Source: an uncultured Gemmatimonadales bacterium
Lineage (GTDB): Bacteria > Gemmatimonadota > Gemmatimonadetes > Gemmatimonadales > GWC2-71-9
Assembly: GCA_963828735.1 (NCBI GenBank)
Contig: CAWHFW010000005.1
Coordinates: 2,656,001 to 2,720,000, forward strand
DNA length: 64,000 nt
Direction: 5' to 3'
Both the position numbers and the translations under genes were made by a program. Under the pieces are notes generated by a model, which did not search any database, was not told the DNA's origin, and saw only the letters and a program-made list of their open reading frames with translations. Shown piece after piece: positions 19,060 through 29,095 of the stretch (position 1 is its first letter; the number at the start of each line of letters is the position of its first letter).

Positions 19060-20328
19060 TCAGGGTGACGCCGTCTTGACCCGCATCCCTTCCTTTGGCT
19101 CCTCCACGCCGCCCGTCACCACCCGCTCCCCGCCCGAGAGCCCCCGTCCGATCTCCCGAAACCCTCCGCTCACCGGCCCCGCCTCGACCTCGCGCGCCTG
19201 GAGCCGCCCGTCGCGCACCAGCCATACGACGCTCCGGCCCCCACTCTCGCGCACGGCCGCGGCCGGGAGCCGGAACCGCGCCGACCCCGCGCTCGACGGG
19301 GCGCCGGACGCACCCGGCGTCCGCGCGGAATCGGGCTCGAGGAAGTCCACCCGCGCCCCCATCTCGGGCAGAATCCGCGGGTCGCGGTCCACGATGGTCA
19401 CCTTGACCTGCACCGTGGCACGCTGCCGATCCGCGGTCGGCACCACCTGACGCACCTCGCCGCGAAACGACGTGTCCTGGTACGCGTCGAGCGTGATCCG
19501 CGCCGGTTGCCCGTGCCGCACGCGCGCGATGTACGCCTCGTTGACGTCCACCTCGACCTCGAGCGACGCGAGATCCGCCATCGTCACCACGGCGCCCCGC
19601 GTGAGCCCGCCGCCCACCGACGGCGCCACCACTTCGCCGACCTCGGCTTCCTTCCGGAGCACGGTGCCCGTGAAGGGCGCGCGGATGTAGGTGTTCTCGA
19701 GCGTGGCCTGGGCGAATTGGAGCGAAGCCTCGGCGGCCTGGACGCGGGCCTCAGCCGAGCTGGCCCGCGCCGCCGCCTGCTCGGCGCGGCTCACGGCGCT
19801 CTCGGAGTCCTGCGCGGAGAGGAGCTCGGGATGCTCGCCGTGAATCCGCGCCACCCGGCCGGCCTCGCGGGCCGACTGATCGCGGTCGGTGGCGGCCTCC
19901 GTGAGCTGTGCACGCGCGCTGGCGACGTTGGCCCTGGCCTCGGCGACGGCGGCCGCGTAGTCGGCGTTCTCGAGCTGGGCGATCACCTCGCCGCGTCGCA
20001 CGTTGGTGCCACCGTCCACGGTCAGCGTGGCGATGCGGCCGGGGATCTTGGCCGAGACCGCGGCGTGCGTGCGCGCGACGATGTAGCCGTTGGCGGTGAC
20101 GGATGTGGTGGCCGCACCGGCGCCGCCACTTCCACCGCTCGCGACCGGCGTGGCGACCACGGTCTCGACGGTGGCCACCGAGCGGCTCCGGGCGAACACG
20201 ACCGCGCCGGCGACCAGCGCGGCCGCGACTCCGACGAAGACCAGCGTACGGCCGAAGGCGCGGCGAACGGCGCGGGGAGGATCGCGATCGATCCGAAGCT
20301 TCGAGAGATCGTGGGTCGGTGAAGTCAC
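19060..20328 (-). CDS. Periplasmic adaptor (MacA/HlyD family)
   Basis: TM anchor, lipoyl-like halves flanking a coiled coil, IRAPFTG, LEVEVDVNE. GTG start inferred. Confidence 0.9.
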   Translation of the reverse strand: MTSPTHDLSKLRIDRDPPRAVRRAFGRTLVFVGVAAALVAGAVVFARSRSVATVETVVATPVASGGSGGAGAATTSVTANGYIVARTHAAVSAKIPGRIATLTVDGGTNVRRGEVIAQLENADYAAAVAEARANVASARAQLTEAATDRDQSAREAGRVARIHGEHPELLSAQDSESAVSRAEQAAARASSAEARVQAAEASLQFAQATLENTYIRAPFTGTVLRKEAEVGEVVAPSVGGGLTRGAVVTMADLASLEVEVDVNEAYIARVRHGQPARITLDAYQDTSFRGEVRQVVPTADRQRATVQVKVTIVDRDPRILPEMGARVDFLEPDSARTPGASGAPSSAGSARFRLPAAAVRESGGRSVVWLVRDGRLQAREVEAGPVSGGFREIGRGLSGGERVVTGGVEEPKEGMRVKTASP

Positions 20329-20449
20329 GCAGCGAATATATCCCGAAGCCAAGAAGGTGTCGACCGGGAAATGCCCGGTCGTTACGGGCCGACCACCAGC
20401 TGAGCGTTCCTCGCCGATTCGCGGCGTGACTCCGATCCGGCCGGCCATC

Positions 20450-20484
20450 GTGAGAACGGTATTGCCCCCCGTGCGTATCCCCTC
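20450..20484 (+). promoter_or_regulatory. Putative ECF sigma promoter, copy 1
   Basis: GTGAGA-N16-TGCGTATCCCCTC; same motif and spacing at 23440-23474. Confidence 0.6.
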
Positions 20485-20554
20485 CTGACGACCACCACAA
20501 TTCGGGGCGACCGATGCTCCGACCACCGCCCAGGGGCGACACGAGGAGAAAACC

Positions 20555-21052
20555 ATGCACCGATTCGAGATCAAGCGCTCGTTGCGCATTCTGGCGGCTT
20601 GTTCGGCGCTGCTCCTCGCGGCCGCGTGCGGCGGCGGTGACAAGAGTCCGACTGGTCCCGGCGGCAACGATGGTGGAGGCAATGGCGGTGGCAATAACGG
20701 TGGCGGCGGCGGGAACGGCTTCGCAGGCGACTACCAGTTGCTCAGCGTCGGCAAGATTGCGCTGCCCGCCAACCTCACCTTCGACCAGTGCGATCCCGCG
20801 CGCGTCTTCGGCGGCGCGCTCAGGATGAACGCCGACGGCACCTGGGAGTTCGCGATCAGTCTGGCCGACGCGTATGGCACGAACGACGAGCTCGACGACG
20901 AGGGCACCTGGCAGTGGGATGGTACGAGGTTGCAGTTCCAGTCGGAGGCCTACGGCGACAGCTTCTCCGCGAAGATCGATGGGGCGATCATGATGGACTA
21001 CGACTACTGCCCCGATGGGCAGAGCGACATCCAGCTCGTGTTCGGGCAGTAG
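20555..21052 (+). CDS. Hypothetical lipoprotein (lipocalin-like beta protein), paralog of 23544-24014
   Basis: AAAC lipobox, GAGGAG RBS; AGDYQL, QCDP, GGALRMNADGTW, SEAYGDSF, DYDYC. Confidence 0.8.
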   Translation: MHRFEIKRSLRILAACSALLLAAACGGGDKSPTGPGGNDGGGNGGGNNGGGGGNGFAGDYQLLSVGKIALPANLTFDQCDPARVFGGALRMNADGTWEFAISLADAYGTNDELDDEGTWQWDGTRLQFQSEAYGDSFSAKIDGAIMMDYDYCPDGQSDIQLVFGQ

Positions 21053-21109
21053 GAGGGGGAACGACGATGCGATGCGCGGGACCCGGCCGGGTGGCCGGGC
21101 TCCGCGCAC

Positions 21110-21883
21110 TCACCATCGCACCGACAGACAGGTCAGCCCGCCGTCCATCTTCCGGTACTCCGACATCTCCAGCGGCACGACCTCGTGGCCCAGCTCGCCG
21201 AGCAGCGCCGCGGTTGCCGGGAAGCCCCGCGCCACCAGCACCGCATCGTGGATCCGGATGCAGTTGGCCGCGTACTCCTCGCCCTCGGGGACGCGCACCA
21301 CCTCCCATCCGCGGAACGCCTCGTGCCCGGCGATCGCACCGACGGCCAGCAGTCGTCGCCCGCCGAGCCAGGAGATCCCCGTCTTGTGGTGCAGCATGCC
21401 GGGGATGCGCCGGATGTCCACCACGCTCGACTGGAAGCCGCGCCGCGCCAGCCACTCCGAGAGCTGGCGCGCTCCCTCGGCGTTGGTGCGCCACGAGTGG
21501 CCGATGAAGAAGTGATCGCCGGCCTCGCACACGTCGCCGCCGTCCACCGTGCCGGGTTCGGCAATCGCGTCCATCTCGGGGAAAAACTCCCTGAGCGCCG
21601 CGCCGAGCGATGCCACCTCTCCCGCGCGGGTCGCCGCGCCGGGACGGGTGAGGATCGCGCCGCGGCTCGTGACGATGGCCGCGTCCTCGACGAACGTGCT
21701 GTCGGGAAAGTCGGGATCCGGAGCGAGGCGCACGAGGGAGAGACCCAGCCGTGCCAGGGTCCGGCAGTAGGCCTCGTGCTGCTCCAGCGCGAGCGCGAGG
21801 TCGGGCGGGCCAAGGCCGGACGAGGTGATCCCGTCGGCGAAGGTGGCCGCGGGGGGCCGGACGATCGCGTGGGTGAATCGCAC
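21110..21883 (-). CDS. Dimethylarginine dimethylaminohydrolase (amidinotransferase family)
   Basis: FPDSTFVEDAA, DGGDV, LHHKTG, YRKMDGGLTCLS. Confidence 0.9.
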   Translation of the reverse strand: MRFTHAIVRPPAATFADGITSSGLGPPDLALALEQHEAYCRTLARLGLSLVRLAPDPDFPDSTFVEDAAIVTSRGAILTRPGAATRAGEVASLGAALREFFPEMDAIAEPGTVDGGDVCEAGDHFFIGHSWRTNAEGARQLSEWLARRGFQSSVVDIRRIPGMLHHKTGISWLGGRRLLAVGAIAGHEAFRGWEVVRVPEGEEYAANCIRIHDAVLVARGFPATAALLGELGHEVVPLEMSEYRKMDGGLTCLSVRW

Positions 21884-21885
21884 CG

Positions 21886-23265
21886 CTAGCTCGCGCTCGA
21901 GCGATCCCGCTTCGCGACCACCGCCCGGTACACCGGATAGCTGAGGGCGAGCAGCAGCAGCGACTTCCAGCTGTTGCCCCAGTCGCTCACCACGGATCCG
22001 ATGAGGAAGGCGAGCGAGCCCACCAGCGCCAGCCCGGTCGTGAACGGATACCCCGGCACCCGCCATGGTCTCGGCGTGTCGGGCTCCTTCCGCCGGAGCG
22101 CGAACACGCTCACGAACGACAGCGTGTAGTTCGCCACGAAGAAGAACGCGCACAACGCCAGCACCGTGTTGAACGTCCCGGAGATGATGAACCCGGCCGC
22201 AACCCCGATGCCCGTCCAGTGCGCCACCGTCGGCGTGCCGCCCGCGTTCACCGTCTCGAACCTGGCCGGCAACAGCCGGTCGCGGCTCATCGCCAGCATG
22301 ACCCTCGGCGCCATCAGCGCGCACGCGTTCATGCCGCTCAGAATCGAGATCAGCACCAGCAGGCGGATCACCAGGTCGCCCCGCGACCCGAACAGCGCCT
22401 TCCCGGCGGTCGCGGCCACGAACGGATCGCCGGCCATCCGCCCGATCCCGAGCACGCGGACGAAGGCGACGTTCACCAGCACGTAGATCAGGATGACCAG
22501 GAGGACGCCGAGCACCATCGAACGGGGGAGGCCGCGGCCGGGGTTCTGCGTTTCCTCGCCGAAGTAGAGCGGGCCCGTCCAGCCGTCATAGGTGTAGATC
22601 ACGGCCTGGAGCGCCAGCACGATCGCGGTCACCAGCGCGAGGCCGGACGCGTGCGCCGCGGGCGCGACGGCTGCGGCGGCGGGCACGGGCGCGAGCAGGC
22701 AAACGCCGATCAAGCCGCCAAACGCGAGTCCCTTGATCGCGCTCAGGACCTGCTGCGTGAGATCGCCGATCCGGATGCCGCGCCAGTGCAGCAGCCCGAA
22801 CATGAGCACCAGCGCCACGCCCGCCGGCACTCGCCGTCCGGCCAAGGCCGGCACCAGCGGCTCGAGATACTCGGTGAACACCATGGCGCCGAGCGCGATC
22901 GGCGCGCAGGTCGAGAGCCAGTCGCTCCAGCCGACCACGAATCCGGCGTACTCGCCGAGCCCGCGGCGCACGAACGGGTACTGCCCGCCGGATCGGACGA
23001 CCATCGCACCGGGCTCGGCCAGGGAGATGGCCCCGAGCAGGGCGTAGAGCCCGCCGATGACCCAGACCCCAATGAACAGCGCCGGGCTGGGCAGCTTCGC
23101 GGCCACGTCGCCGGGCGTGCGAAGGATCCCGACGATGATGGTATTCCCGATGAGCACGGCGACGCCGAACGAGACGCCGAGAATCTGGAGGAGCTTGCCT
23201 CGGTTGGCCGCCCGGACGAGTCCGGCTGGAGCGACGGTGTGATCCACGGTCTCAGGTGCCGCCAC
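21886..23265 (-). CDS. APC-family amino acid permease
   Basis: GNTIIVGILRTPG, YTYDGW, many TM segments; co-oriented with the DDAH gene. Confidence 0.9.
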   Translation of the reverse strand: MAAPETVDHTVAPAGLVRAANRGKLLQILGVSFGVAVLIGNTIIVGILRTPGDVAAKLPSPALFIGVWVIGGLYALLGAISLAEPGAMVVRSGGQYPFVRRGLGEYAGFVVGWSDWLSTCAPIALGAMVFTEYLEPLVPALAGRRVPAGVALVLMFGLLHWRGIRIGDLTQQVLSAIKGLAFGGLIGVCLLAPVPAAAAVAPAAHASGLALVTAIVLALQAVIYTYDGWTGPLYFGEETQNPGRGLPRSMVLGVLLVILIYVLVNVAFVRVLGIGRMAGDPFVAATAGKALFGSRGDLVIRLLVLISILSGMNACALMAPRVMLAMSRDRLLPARFETVNAGGTPTVAHWTGIGVAAGFIISGTFNTVLALCAFFFVANYTLSFVSVFALRRKEPDTPRPWRVPGYPFTTGLALVGSLAFLIGSVVSDWGNSWKSLLLLALSYPVYRAVVAKRDRSSAS

Positions 23266-23439
23266 GGGCTACCCTCCGCCGGCAGGGCCGGCGTGCTGGG
23301 GTGGTGGTGAGCTCACGACGCTACGCGCAACGGCGATGACGGGCGACGGCGGTGGATTGCTTGCCAATGGAGACGGAAACGGCTGGATGGACGGTTGAAG
23401 ATACCTTCGGGTCGGGATTCCCGCCCCCGGTGAGCCCGT

Positions 23440-23474
23440 GTGAGACGGCCGCGGCCCCGCCTGCGTATCCCCTC
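23440..23474 (+). promoter_or_regulatory. Putative ECF sigma promoter, copy 2
   Basis: GTGAGA-N16-TGCGTATCCCCTC. Confidence 0.6.
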
Positions 23475-23543
23475 GTACAAGCGACACCGGGCCACCGACA
23501 CGAGCGAGCGGCGGCCGGCGACCCGACACACGAGGAGACAGCT

Positions 23544-24014
23544 ATGCGGTGCCTAGGCATGATCCGGAATTGGCGGCCCATGGCCGCATGGTGGACGCTG
23601 GTATGTCTGGCCGCCGCGGCGTGCGGCGGCGGGAAAGACGGCGGCAGCACCGGCCCTGGCGGCGGCGTGGGCGATGTCGCGGGCGACTACCTGCTCGCGG
23701 GCGCCAACGACGAAGCGCTACCGGCCACGGTATCGACCAACGAGTGCTCCCCGGTCCAGATCCTGAACGGCGGCATGAGGCTGAGCCAGGACGGCACCTT
23801 CGAGATGCAGTTCAACTGGACGAGCACACTGGGCGAGGCCAAGTTCACCGCCGACCACGGGCACTATCGCACCGATGGCGACCAGTTCGAGTTCTCGTCC
23901 GACGCCTGGGGCGACAAGTTCGAGGGCGAGATGGACGAAGGCCTGCTGTGGATCGACTACGAGTTCTGCACGGACACGCCGGGCCAGGAGCTGGAGCTCG
24001 CGTTCTCGCAGTGA
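23544..24014 (+). CDS. Hypothetical lipoprotein, paralog of 20555-21052
   Basis: AAAC lipobox, GAGGAG RBS; AGDYLL, ECSP, GGMRLSQDGTF, SDAWGDKF, DYEFC. Confidence 0.8.
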   Translation: MRCLGMIRNWRPMAAWWTLVCLAAAACGGGKDGGSTGPGGGVGDVAGDYLLAGANDEALPATVSTNECSPVQILNGGMRLSQDGTFEMQFNWTSTLGEAKFTADHGHYRTDGDQFEFSSDAWGDKFEGEMDEGLLWIDYEFCTDTPGQELELAFSQ

Positions 24015-24040
24015 GGTGGCGGAGCGATCGGAGCGAAGCG

Positions 24041-24074
24041 GAGTGCCGAGCCAGCAGACGCGGGCTCGGCATTC
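24041..24074. terminator. GC-rich hairpin between convergent genes
   Basis: GAGTGCCGAGCC...GGCTCGGCATTC inverted repeat; no U-tract. Confidence 0.4.
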
Positions 24075-24076
24075 GC

Positions 24077-24616
24077 CTATCTGGCGGCGAAGGGCGCGGT
24101 GGAGTCGGCCGCGAGCGTCGAGGCGTACACGTAGCCGAGCACCCGCCCGTCGAGCGCAACGCGCCACCAGCCGCCCTTGAGCGAGTCGGCCAGCACGGTG
24201 TCACCCGGGAGCAGGACGGCCACGAGGTCGGCCTTGACGCTCCGGCGGGCGTGCACCTTGGTCCACGTGCGGGCGAAGCGCGGCGTGGCCTCGGCGCTGG
24301 GCATCGAGTCCGGCACCGCGGGAGACGCAGCCGCGCGGGCGGTGTCGAGCGCGGCAGGGGCTTCGGCCGGGACCACGGCGGTCGCCGTGACCTCGGGGCC
24401 GGGGGATCCCCCGCCGCGGATGAGCCACGTGGCCAGCCCGCCTGCGGCCAGCAGGATGGCGGCGATGCCTAGCAACGGGAACAGCCGCCCGGGATCGCGA
24501 GACGTCGGCCGCCGCACGGGCTGACCGAGGATCTCCTGGCCGCACGCGGGGCAGCGCGTCGCGATGCTTAACGCGCGTTTACCGCAGGCGGGGCATTCCC
24601 GGTAGCTCGTTCCCAT
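24077..24616 (-). CDS. Zinc-ribbon, TM and SH3b-like domain protein
   Basis: CPACG...CPACG, one TM, C-terminal LLPGDTV...GWWRV...GYV. Confidence 0.75.
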   Translation of the reverse strand: MGTSYRECPACGKRALSIATRCPACGQEILGQPVRRPTSRDPGRLFPLLGIAAILLAAGGLATWLIRGGGSPGPEVTATAVVPAEAPAALDTARAAASPAVPDSMPSAEATPRFARTWTKVHARRSVKADLVAVLLPGDTVLADSLKGGWWRVALDGRVLGYVYASTLAADSTAPFAAR

Positions 24617-24710
24617 CCTCGAAGAATTATCGCGGGTGCACGGAGCGGCCAGTCATCCGGCCGGAAGCGGACACTCCGCTTGCAAACTCCAGGCCTCGCA
24701 CCGGCCCACG

Positions 24711-25553
24711 TCAGATGGCGCCTTGGCCGGCTTCGCGGGCCGCCGCCACCACTCGGTCCGACAACCGTTTATCTCCCACGCGCGCCTCCCAGGCCGCGAA
24801 ACCCTCCGCGGGTCCCCGCCACCTGAGATCATCGACGTTGTGAAACAACGGCGCGTCGGTTTTGAGCGTGGCGAGGCGCTTGAACAACAAGGCCTGCTCG
24901 CGGTCCGCTCCCAGGACGTTGTCGGGAAACGCCTCGATCGGCCCGTGCCGGTTGAGCAGCCGCGCGGCCGTGGCCTTGCCGATACCGGCGATCCCGGGGT
25001 AGCCGTCCTGCGCGTCCCCCACCAGCGCCAGCAGGTCGGGAATCAGCGCCGGCTCGACCCCGAACTTCGCTCGCACCCCGGCCGCGTCGCGGACCTCCTT
25101 GGCCCGCCGGTCCATCTGGACCACCCGGTTCCCGATGACGCACTGGGCGAGATCCTTGTCGTTCGCCCAGATGCACACCTGCTCGACGGGCTCGTGCTCG
25201 TTCGCGATCCGCGCGGCCGACGCGAGCGCGTCGTCCGCCTCCAGCTCAACCATGGGCCAGACGACGACGCCCATGGCCGCGAGCGCCTCCTCGAGCGGCT
25301 CGAACTGCGCGCGAAGCGCGGGCTCGATGCCGTCGCCGGTCTTGTAGTCGGGCCAGAGCTCGTTGCGGAAGGACTCGATCACGTGGTCGGTGGCGACGCC
25401 GAGGTGAGTGGCGCCGCCCTCGATCATCTCGAGCGCGGTGTGCAGCACGCCGGCGACGGCGCCGAGCGGCTTGTCGTCGCCCTTGTTGAAGCGGCGCTGG
25501 CCGTAGAAGTGGCGGAAGAGCTCGTAGGTGCCGTCGACGACGTGGACGATCAT
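24711..25553 (-). CDS. 5'-3' exonuclease / flap endonuclease (PolA N-terminal-like)
   Basis: VVDGTYELFR, LEADDALAS, DKDLAQ, LVGDAQDGYPGIAGIGKATA. Confidence 0.92.
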   Translation of the reverse strand: MIVHVVDGTYELFRHFYGQRRFNKGDDKPLGAVAGVLHTALEMIEGGATHLGVATDHVIESFRNELWPDYKTGDGIEPALRAQFEPLEEALAAMGVVVWPMVELEADDALASAARIANEHEPVEQVCIWANDKDLAQCVIGNRVVQMDRRAKEVRDAAGVRAKFGVEPALIPDLLALVGDAQDGYPGIAGIGKATAARLLNRHGPIEAFPDNVLGADREQALLFKRLATLKTDAPLFHNVDDLRWRGPAEGFAAWEARVGDKRLSDRVVAAAREAGQGAI

Positions 25554-25578
25554 GCGGGAGGATGCCGTGTGAATCGAG

Positions 25579-26073
25579 TTATCGCGGCGCGGCTCCCTGG
25601 GCCGCCGCCAGGATCAATACCGCTCCGCCGACCGCCACCGCATCCTCGGCCAGTGCCACGACAGTATCCGGGACCCCGAGCGCCGGAACGAGCCGCGTGC
25701 GCGCCGTGTAGCCGCCGAGCGTGCCGGCCACCGCGCCGAGCGCGCCGAGGACGGCGCCAGGGGCGAGCGAGCCGCCTGTCCCAACCGTGAGCGCGGCCCC
25801 CGAGAGCGCACCCGTGAGGATCCGGGCGCCGAACGGTCCCGGCTTGGTGCGGCTCGGCGTTCTCGGCAGCTTGTCGGCCACCAGCTCGCCGAGCGCGAGC
25901 GCGGTGAGGAGCCAGGCCGCCACGTTCGAGCCGAGGAAGGCGAGGGCCGTGCTCTCGAGTCGGAGCCGGCCGAGACGGGCGCCCCACGCGACGAGAGCGG
26001 GCGCCGTCATCGAGCGCAGGCCCGCGACGACGCCGATCAGGAACGCGAGGATCGCGATGGTCGTGGTCGGCAT
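25579..26073 (-). CDS. Membrane protein (DUF4126-like)
   Basis: GLRSMTAPAL, GELVADKLP, ALAEDAVA. Confidence 0.75.
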   Translation of the reverse strand: MPTTTIAILAFLIGVVAGLRSMTAPALVAWGARLGRLRLESTALAFLGSNVAAWLLTALALGELVADKLPRTPSRTKPGPFGARILTGALSGAALTVGTGGSLAPGAVLGALGAVAGTLGGYTARTRLVPALGVPDTVVALAEDAVAVGGAVLILAAAQGAAPR

Positions 26074-26124
26074 GGATGGAAATCTGCCCTGCCCCAGGCA
26101 CAGGGGCCAGCGTCCTCGTTCGAT

Positions 26125-28356
26125 TTACGTCGGCGGGGCTTCGTGATCTGCCAGGTTCATCTTGCGGAGCAACGCCTGGAACCTGGCGTGTGAGCGCAGG
26201 GGCGTGAACAGGAAGGAGCCTTTGACCCCGAATATTCCGCCGGCGCGCTCCTCATAGGCGCGCTCCAGCCAATCCATCGCCCGATCGTGCTCCCCGAGAC
26301 CCGTGTGGACGTACGCAAAGTGGTACGGTGAGACGTATCGCTGGGCCGACAACTCTTCGAGTTGTCGGAGCACCCCTCGGGCTTCCTCGGTTCGGCCGAT
26401 CAGCGCGAAGGCCTCCCCGAGCTGTGCCAGGTACAGGGTGCTCTCGGGAGCAAGCGATAACGCCTTTTGCAGCGCGGCGATTCCCTGGTCCGGCATGCCG
26501 GCGAACAGAGAGGCCCATCCCAGGGTGCCATGCGCCATGGCGAAGTGGGGATCGATTTCGACAACTCTCGTGATGTGCCGCAAGGCCTCATCGTACCGGC
26601 CGGCCCGGAGGAGCGTGGTCGCGACATCCTGGCGGTGGGCCAGTGGGTCCAACTCGTTGGCACGCTGCTGCATCTCGATGGCCTCGTCGTAGCGCTCGAG
26701 CGCGGACAACATCAGCCCGTAACTGTCGTACGTGTCGCCACTGTTCGGGTTCAGCTCGATGGCGCGCTTGAACTCCTCCTCGGCCCCCGCCCAGTCGTAA
26801 TCGCAGACGAACCTGAGAAACGCCAGCATGGCATGCGCCTCGGCGAGCCCTGGGTCGATCTCCAGCGCCCGCTTCGCGGCGGCCTTGGCTCGCCGAAAGG
26901 CCTCATCCGGCGAAAGGGCGCCGGCCACGCCGAGCCCCATCTCGGTGTAGGCGTGGGTAATGGTGGCGTACGCCAGCGCATAGTTCGGATCGCGCGCGAT
27001 CGCCTGCTCGAGGTGCTTGAGCCCTTGCTCGATGCCTTCATTGGTCCACCGGCTCAGACAATGCTTCCCGAGCAGGAACAGTTGGTAGGCCTGGACGTCG
27101 TCCGTGGGCTCCTTGCGGATCTGGGTCCGCTCCTCCGGCGAGAGCTCCGCCTCGAGCGCGGCTGCGATCTTCAGCGCGACGTCGGTCTGGATGGCGAAGA
27201 TGTCGGTCAGCTCGCGGTCATAGGTGTCCGCCCAGAGATGCCGGTCCGTCTCCGCGTCGATGAGCTGCCCGACGATGCGTACCCGGCCGCCGGCGCGGCG
27301 GACGCTGCCCTCGAGCAAGGTCGTGACGTCGAGCGCCACCCCGATCTCGCGCAGGCTCTGTTCCCGCTTCTTGAACCGCATCACCGAGCTGCGCGAGATC
27401 ACCTTGATCGAGCGGATCTTCGAGAGCTGGGCGATCACGTCCTCGGTGATCCCATCGGCGAAGAACTCGTTTTCGGGATCGGCGCTCAAATTGTCGAACG
27501 GAAGCACCGCGATCGAGGGGAGGCGGGGCGCGCGTGCCGGCGCGGGTCCGGGGGCGAGCGCATCCGCGAACGCCGCGATACTCGGGAACCGGTCAGCCGG
27601 GTCGGGAGCGAGCGCGCGCGTGATCGCCTCGTCCACCGCGGCCGGCACGGCGGGGCGAGCGCGGCGCACCCGGGGTGCGGGCTCGCTGAACCGCCGGGCG
27701 ATCACGGCCCTCGCCGTCGCGGCCGCGTGCGGCGGCTCGCCGGTCAGCAGCTCGTAGAGCACGCAGCCGAGGCTGTACACGTCGCTCCGGCCGTCGAGCG
27801 TGCGCTCGCCGGAGGCCTGCTCGGGGCTCATGTACTCGGGGGTCCCGACCATGAGCCCGGCCTGGGTGAGCCGGTCGCCCGGCGCCGTCCCCGCGGCGAG
27901 CGCGATGCCGAAGTCGGTGACCATCGCTTCGCCCTCGTGGAGCAGGATGTTTTCCGGCTTGATGTCGCGGTGGATCAGCCCGTGCGCGTGCGCGTGGTCC
28001 AGCGCCGCAGCGACCTGCCGGACGAGGGCCACCGCCTCGTCCGTCGCGAGCTGGCCCTCGGTAGCGAGTCGCTGCCGGAGCGATCCGCCCCGCACGTAGG
28101 GCATGACGTAGAAGAGCCGGCCGCCGGCCTCACCCGAGTCGTAGAGCGGCAGGATGTGCGGGTGGTTGAGCGCGGCGGCAATCCGGATCTCGCGGGTAAA
28201 CCGGTCGGGACCGAGCAGGGCGCCCAGCTCGGGGCGAAGCACCTTCACCGCCACCTGCCGGCCGTGCCGCAGGTCGTCGGCCAGGTAGACCGTGGCCATC
28301 CCGCCGTGACCGAGCTCCCGGAGGACGGTGTAGCGGTCGGCGAGCGCGTCGATCAC
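26125..28356 (-). CDS. Ser/Thr protein kinase with TolB-N-like and TPR domains
   Basis: Complete kinase motifs; SIAVLPFDNLSADPENEFFADGITEDVI; TPRs. Confidence 0.93.
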   Translation of the reverse strand: MIDALADRYTVLRELGHGGMATVYLADDLRHGRQVAVKVLRPELGALLGPDRFTREIRIAAALNHPHILPLYDSGEAGGRLFYVMPYVRGGSLRQRLATEGQLATDEAVALVRQVAAALDHAHAHGLIHRDIKPENILLHEGEAMVTDFGIALAAGTAPGDRLTQAGLMVGTPEYMSPEQASGERTLDGRSDVYSLGCVLYELLTGEPPHAAATARAVIARRFSEPAPRVRRARPAVPAAVDEAITRALAPDPADRFPSIAAFADALAPGPAPARAPRLPSIAVLPFDNLSADPENEFFADGITEDVIAQLSKIRSIKVISRSSVMRFKKREQSLREIGVALDVTTLLEGSVRRAGGRVRIVGQLIDAETDRHLWADTYDRELTDIFAIQTDVALKIAAALEAELSPEERTQIRKEPTDDVQAYQLFLLGKHCLSRWTNEGIEQGLKHLEQAIARDPNYALAYATITHAYTEMGLGVAGALSPDEAFRRAKAAAKRALEIDPGLAEAHAMLAFLRFVCDYDWAGAEEEFKRAIELNPNSGDTYDSYGLMLSALERYDEAIEMQQRANELDPLAHRQDVATTLLRAGRYDEALRHITRVVEIDPHFAMAHGTLGWASLFAGMPDQGIAALQKALSLAPESTLYLAQLGEAFALIGRTEEARGVLRQLEELSAQRYVSPYHFAYVHTGLGEHDRAMDWLERAYEERAGGIFGVKGSFLFTPLRSHARFQALLRKMNLADHEAPPT

Positions 28357-28578
28357 ACGAGCCTGCGCGCCCCGTGCGCCTCGAGTTGTTCCTCGAGACG
28401 GCTGTGGGCGGACAACGGGTGAGAGATTGTCGGCGACGACGGGACACTCACGGCGCCTCCTGGGGGAGCGAACCGAGCGAGAGCAGCGGGAGCGCTAAAG
28501 ATGCAGCGCGACTGGAGGAGGGTCGAGGGCGCGCGCCGCCGCGGGGCTCCAGGGTCATGCGGTCGCTGCCTGCCTTGC

Positions 28579-28986
28579 TCAGAGTACCACGTACCGTCCG
28601 CCGCCCGTCGTCGCGATCACCAGGCACATCGCGACCAGCATCAGCTCGTAGTGCCAGCCGTCCGTGCCGTGCTTGCCCCAGAGGCCCGTGTGCCAGACGG
28701 CGATCTTCTTCTGGATCGCGCCCAGCATGATGAGGATGAGGCCGATGGCGGCCAGCTGGATCAGCACGCCGAGCGCTACCCCGAGCCCGCCTGCGATCTC
28801 CGCCAGGCCGAGGAACCGGGTGAACCCGGGTGACATGCCGATGCTCTTGCCGCGCGTGACCGGGTCCTTCGCGTGGCTCCAGCCGCTGGTGACGAAGATG
28901 GCGCCGACCAGGAGGCGCATGAGGAGGACGGCGACGTCGCTGTACGGCAGCAGCCAGGGCAGGGGCACGGGGAGGTGGACCGACAT
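28579..28986 (-). CDS. DoxX-family membrane protein
   Basis: LLMRLLVGAIF, AEIAGGLG, GWHYELML. Confidence 0.85.
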   Translation of the reverse strand: MSVHLPVPLPWLLPYSDVAVLLMRLLVGAIFVTSGWSHAKDPVTRGKSIGMSPGFTRFLGLAEIAGGLGVALGVLIQLAAIGLILIMLGAIQKKIAVWHTGLWGKHGTDGWHYELMLVAMCLVIATTGGGRYVVL

Positions 28987-29095
28987 GGAGCCGCCCGAGT
29001 GAGGAGGAGTACAGCAACCTACAGTGCCGAGTCGACCTGAGAATGAGTCCGCTCAGGGCCGCCCTGTTCCTGGCGCGACGGAGCGGGCCTGGAGC

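Noticed and set aside
18960..19064. Short hairpins in the 100-bp gap within the ABC operon
   Set aside because: Stems of 5-6 bp are expected by chance at this GC content.
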